A DNA stretch of 32,000 nt, from contig NC_017448.1 of assembly GCF_000146505.1 (NCBI RefSeq), positions 3,420,001 to 3,452,000 of the forward strand, written 5' to 3'. The notes beneath the pieces were generated by a model. The model was given only the letters and a program-made list of their open reading frames with translations, was not told the DNA's origin and ran no database searches. Both the position numbers and the translations under genes were made by a program. This DNA comes from Fibrobacter succinogenes subsp. succinogenes S85. Lineage in GTDB: Bacteria > Fibrobacterota > Fibrobacteria > Fibrobacterales > Fibrobacteraceae. This document shows positions 29,456 through 32,000 of this stretch, piece by piece; position 1 is the stretch's first letter, and each line of letters begins with the position of its first letter.

Positions 29456-32000
29456 TCTCCGTAGCGGTAAAGATTCCGTCCCATTTTTCGCCTGCGTGAG
29501 CGGGCGGATTTTGTTTATAGGCCATGCAGCGCTTGATGTAGACCTGGCTTGGGCATGTCTTGCTGCCCGGATCGCGTTCAGGCAGGTGCGGCTCGAAATC
29601 CAGACATTGCGTGAATAGCGCAATAGCCTTGTCCCATTGCATATCGAGGTAAGCGGCTCGGGCCTCTTTCCAGAGTTCGCAGAGCTTTTTTAAAACGAGT
29701 GCGTTGGCGTCGCTTGCGTAAGCGAGCAGTTCAAACGTTTCGACCGGTTCGTCCTTGCCGACAACGCGGATAATGTCGAGCGAACGGTAAATGTACTGGT
29801 TATTGATATTCTGTTCGGTAAGCTGGTCAATGGTGTTCTTGCAGACGTGAATGTACGCCCCGTATTGCTTGGCAGCACTTTCAAGTCGTGCGGCAAGGTT
29901 CACTTCATCGCCCATCATGGTGTAGTTCTTGCGCATGGTAGAACCCATGTTTCCGGTCACGATATTACCTGTGTTGATACCGATTCGCATGTGCATGTTG
30001 TGAACGACATCCGGCCATTTATTGCCTTCGCTGAACCACTTTTTGCGTAACCTTAAAAGCTCGCTTTGCATGTCAAGTGCCGTGTTGCAAGCGCGTCTGG
30101 CGTGGTCGTCGTATTTCATCGGGGCGCCAAAGAATGCGATAATGGCATCGCCTTCGTACTTGTCAAGCGTTCCTTTGTTCTTGGTCGTCAAGACGTCGGT
30201 CATTGCGGTCAGGTATTCGTTCAAAAGTTCAACGAGCTTGCTTGCGCTTCCGATTTTTTCGGAGAATGTCGAAAATCCCTGGATGTCGGTGAAGTAGGCC
30301 GTGATGTTGGATTCTTCGCCGCCGAGTTCCGGCATGTTACCTTCTGCCACCATTTCATCAATCAGTTCTGGCGAGATGTATTGTTTGAAGGAACTTTCGA
30401 TGAATTTCTTTTCTTTGTTTTCGAAGTACGCCTGAACGACCATTGCAATGATGTTCGGTGTGATAATGGCGAGGAGTTGCTTGGAAACGCCGATATAAAT
30501 ATTGTGCTTGAAACAAATGTAGGCGAAGAGCGTGTATAGAACGGCTATGCCGATTGTCAAAATTAGCGAAACAAAACTCCTGAAATAAACCCCGATGAGC
30601 ATGCAAATGATGGCTAGCACAATGACTGCGATGCGCTGGTAATTTTCATTGAGGATTGTCATGTAGTCGTCCTCAAGGACGTTCTTGATGATGTTTGCGT
30701 GGACGAGGATGGCGGGGATGTTTTCTTCGTGCGGACCGTTCACAATATCGAAAAGCGCCGAAACAGAAGACCCGAGAATGACCGTTTTCCCGGCATATTG
30801 GTCAAGATTCTTGTGGTCTCTGTAAATGTCGTAGTACGAAATGTGCTTGAACGCTCTTGTTTCTGGCTTGAGATCGTTGAAACGGCCTTTGTACTTGATT
30901 AGGAATCGCCCGTGGTCATTGATGGGAATTCTCTTGTACGGGCCGAAACGCAATTCTTCGCCGGGCTTGATGCTTGCAATTTGTTGGTCGCTTGCGTTAG
31001 AGATATCTTGCAGAATCTGGTTTGTGAAAAAGTGGATGGAGGCGGACCATTTGTTTTTGGCCTTGTCGTAGCTGATGTCCATGCTGCGGGAGAGGTGCTT
31101 GTGTTCTCCTATTTTCAGGTCCTTATAGGCGTATTCGTTTAAGTGGATGGTCTTGAGAACGCTGGGCGTAATATAGTTTTCATCATCGTCTTCATTCTTG
31201 ATGACGTAAACGCCTTCGGTCTCGTCGCTTTTGGTCATGGTAAAACCGCTATCCAGTTCGACGGATTCGCTAGTTTTGAGTTTGTCAAAGATGTTTTCGG
31301 GAAGCTTTCGTAGAACGTTAGAAAGCGTTGCACTCAGGTGCTGATTTTCTTCGACGAAAATGTTGAAAACGATTTGTCCGTCATTGTTACGGCTAACGCT
31401 AGTCTTGTATGAAGTTTCAACCTGGCTTGCTTTTTGTACCCCGCTTTCCTTGATTTGTTTCATTTTATCTCGTAGCGAGAGGAACATGGGGTAGGTGAAA
31501 TTCGGGAAAGTCGTGTGGTATTCGCCTACAGAGTCTCGGTAAATGCCGAAGGGCTTGCCGATGTCGATGTACTTTCCCATTTTAATTTGGATGTCTTTCG
31601 GATCCTTGTGGAACAGGTGCAAAATGGTCATCAGCGAGAGCGCACCGTAAATGCGCTGCGGAGCAAGTTTGTCTTCCTTGACGCGCGGGAACTTGTACAA
31701 AAGGTTGATTCTGCGTATGGTGCCATCATTGTCTGGATAGGCGTTTACAGCGCCAACGCGAGTCCCGGCATTGGCGAGTTCTGGGAAAACGTTGTCAAGC
31801 AGTGGTCTTGATTCAATTTCCTGTGGCTTGTCGGCCTGGTTCAACTCAAACGTTGATGAAAAGCCGACTTCTTTGGCGCGTTCCCAGGTGCTGAGGTTGT
31901 ACCAGTCGCTTTTGTTCCTGTAGTGCGTGGTGTCGTTCAGCAAAAAACTGACGATGCAGATGTTGGAGTTTCGCGTCGCTTCTACGAGCATGGAGTCGTA
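29451..32000 (-). CDS. CHASE2 sensor - class III adenylate/guanylate cyclase - TPR-like C-terminus; 5' end probably outside the window
   Basis: The frame stays open to position 32000 upstream of the first listed Met. A long extracytoplasmic region is followed by 3 TM segments (AVIVLAIICMLIGVYF.., LILTIGIAVLYTLFAYICF, LLAIITPNIIAMVVQAYF). The cyclase homology domain shows ITAYFTDIQGFSTFSE, YEGDAIIAFFGAP, RIGINTGNIVTGNMG and MGDEVNLAARLES. A helical repeat tail closes the protein. Confidence 0.85.
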   Translation of the reverse strand, partial: YDSMLVEATRNSNICIVSFLLNDTTHYRNKSDWYNLSTWERAKEVGFSSTFELNQADKPQEIESRPLLDNVFPELANAGTRVGAVNAYPDNDGTIRRINLLYKFPRVKEDKLAPQRIYGALSLMTILHLFHKDPKDIQIKMGKYIDIGKPFGIYRDSVGEYHTTFPNFTYPMFLSLRDKMKQIKESGVQKASQVETSYKTSVSRNNDGQIVFNIFVEENQHLSATLSNVLRKLPENIFDKLKTSESVELDSGFTMTKSDETEGVYVIKNEDDDENYITPSVLKTIHLNEYAYKDLKIGEHKHLSRSMDISYDKAKNKWSASIHFFTNQILQDISNASDQQIASIKPGEELRFGPYKRIPINDHGRFLIKYKGRFNDLKPETRAFKHISYYDIYRDHKNLDQYAGKTVILGSSVSALFDIVNGPHEENIPAILVHANIIKNVLEDDYMTILNENYQRIAVIVLAIICMLIGVYFRSFVSLILTIGIAVLYTLFAYICFKHNIYIGVSKQLLAIITPNIIAMVVQAYFENKEKKFIESSFKQYISPELIDEMVAEGNMPELGGEESNITAYFTDIQGFSTFSEKIGSASKLVELLNEYLTAMTDVLTTKNKGTLDKYEGDAIIAFFGAPMKYDDHARRACNTALDMQSELLRLRKKWFSEGNKWPDVVHNMHMRIGINTGNIVTGNMGSTMRKNYTMMGDEVNLAARLESAAKQYGAYIHVCKNTIDQLTEQNINNQYIYRSLDIIRVVGKDEPVETFELLAYASDANALVLKKLCELWKEARAAYLDMQWDKAIALFTQCLDFEPHLPERDPGSKTCPSQVYIKRCMAYKQNPPAHAGEKWDGIFTATEK

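Noticed and set aside
1-32000. Search by eye for tRNA, rRNA, tmRNA, integrase/transposase ends and long terminal inverted repeats
   Set aside because: None were recognised. The only mobility-associated gene is the Rpn-family nuclease. Dedicated tools (tRNAscan-SE, Infernal, ISEScan) should confirm this.

Overview
32-kb chromosomal window from a diderm bacterium, mid-range GC by eye. The gene content reminds me of a Fibrobacter-like / FCB-group genome, but that is only an impression and needs a database search. I count about 35 protein genes and see no rRNA, tRNA or CRISPR array. Housekeeping backbone: rpsP, then rimM-trmD-rplS (minus strand); ffh; an alanine/glycine:cation symporter; a class-I aminotransferase; proC; rho; and folK-deoxynucleoside kinase-panC. 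Signalling genes: two tandem cNMP-binding-domain paralogs directly behind rplS, a PAS-like/GGDEF cyclase, a sigma-54 activator, and a CHASE2/class III nucleotidyl cyclase that runs off the right edge. Envelope and carbohydrate genes: a co-directional cluster (His-rich lipoprotein alpha/beta hydrolase, Met-rich outer-membrane barrel, small secreted protein, MATE exporter) and a secreted GH16 + ricin-type CBM enzyme. Accessory content: ffh is flanked by two different small-protein + GNAT acetyltransferase (toxin-antitoxin-like) pairs, and one pair plus the GGDEF gene sits between ffh and rpsP. An AT-richer island of about 4.2 kb (8.7-12.9 kb) holds a GC-richer non-coding leader, a 3-gene cassette of unknown function, an orphan secreted protein and an Rpn/PD-(D/E)XK nuclease gene. 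That nuclease gene has a good internal SD+ATG and is bracketed by two copies of a 32-nt terminator-like hairpin. The signal least explained by standard feature types is a family of heptanucleotide-phased repeats (TCTCTCG/TCTCTAG, TCTAAGT/TCTAAGC, ACTGNCT, CTAAGTTCTGCCAA). They run right up to the start codons of rimM, ffh and the sigma-54 activator and lie about 22 nt upstream of folK. They also fill the panC/cyclase convergent spacer. Every functional call is from reading the translations by eye; no searches were run.
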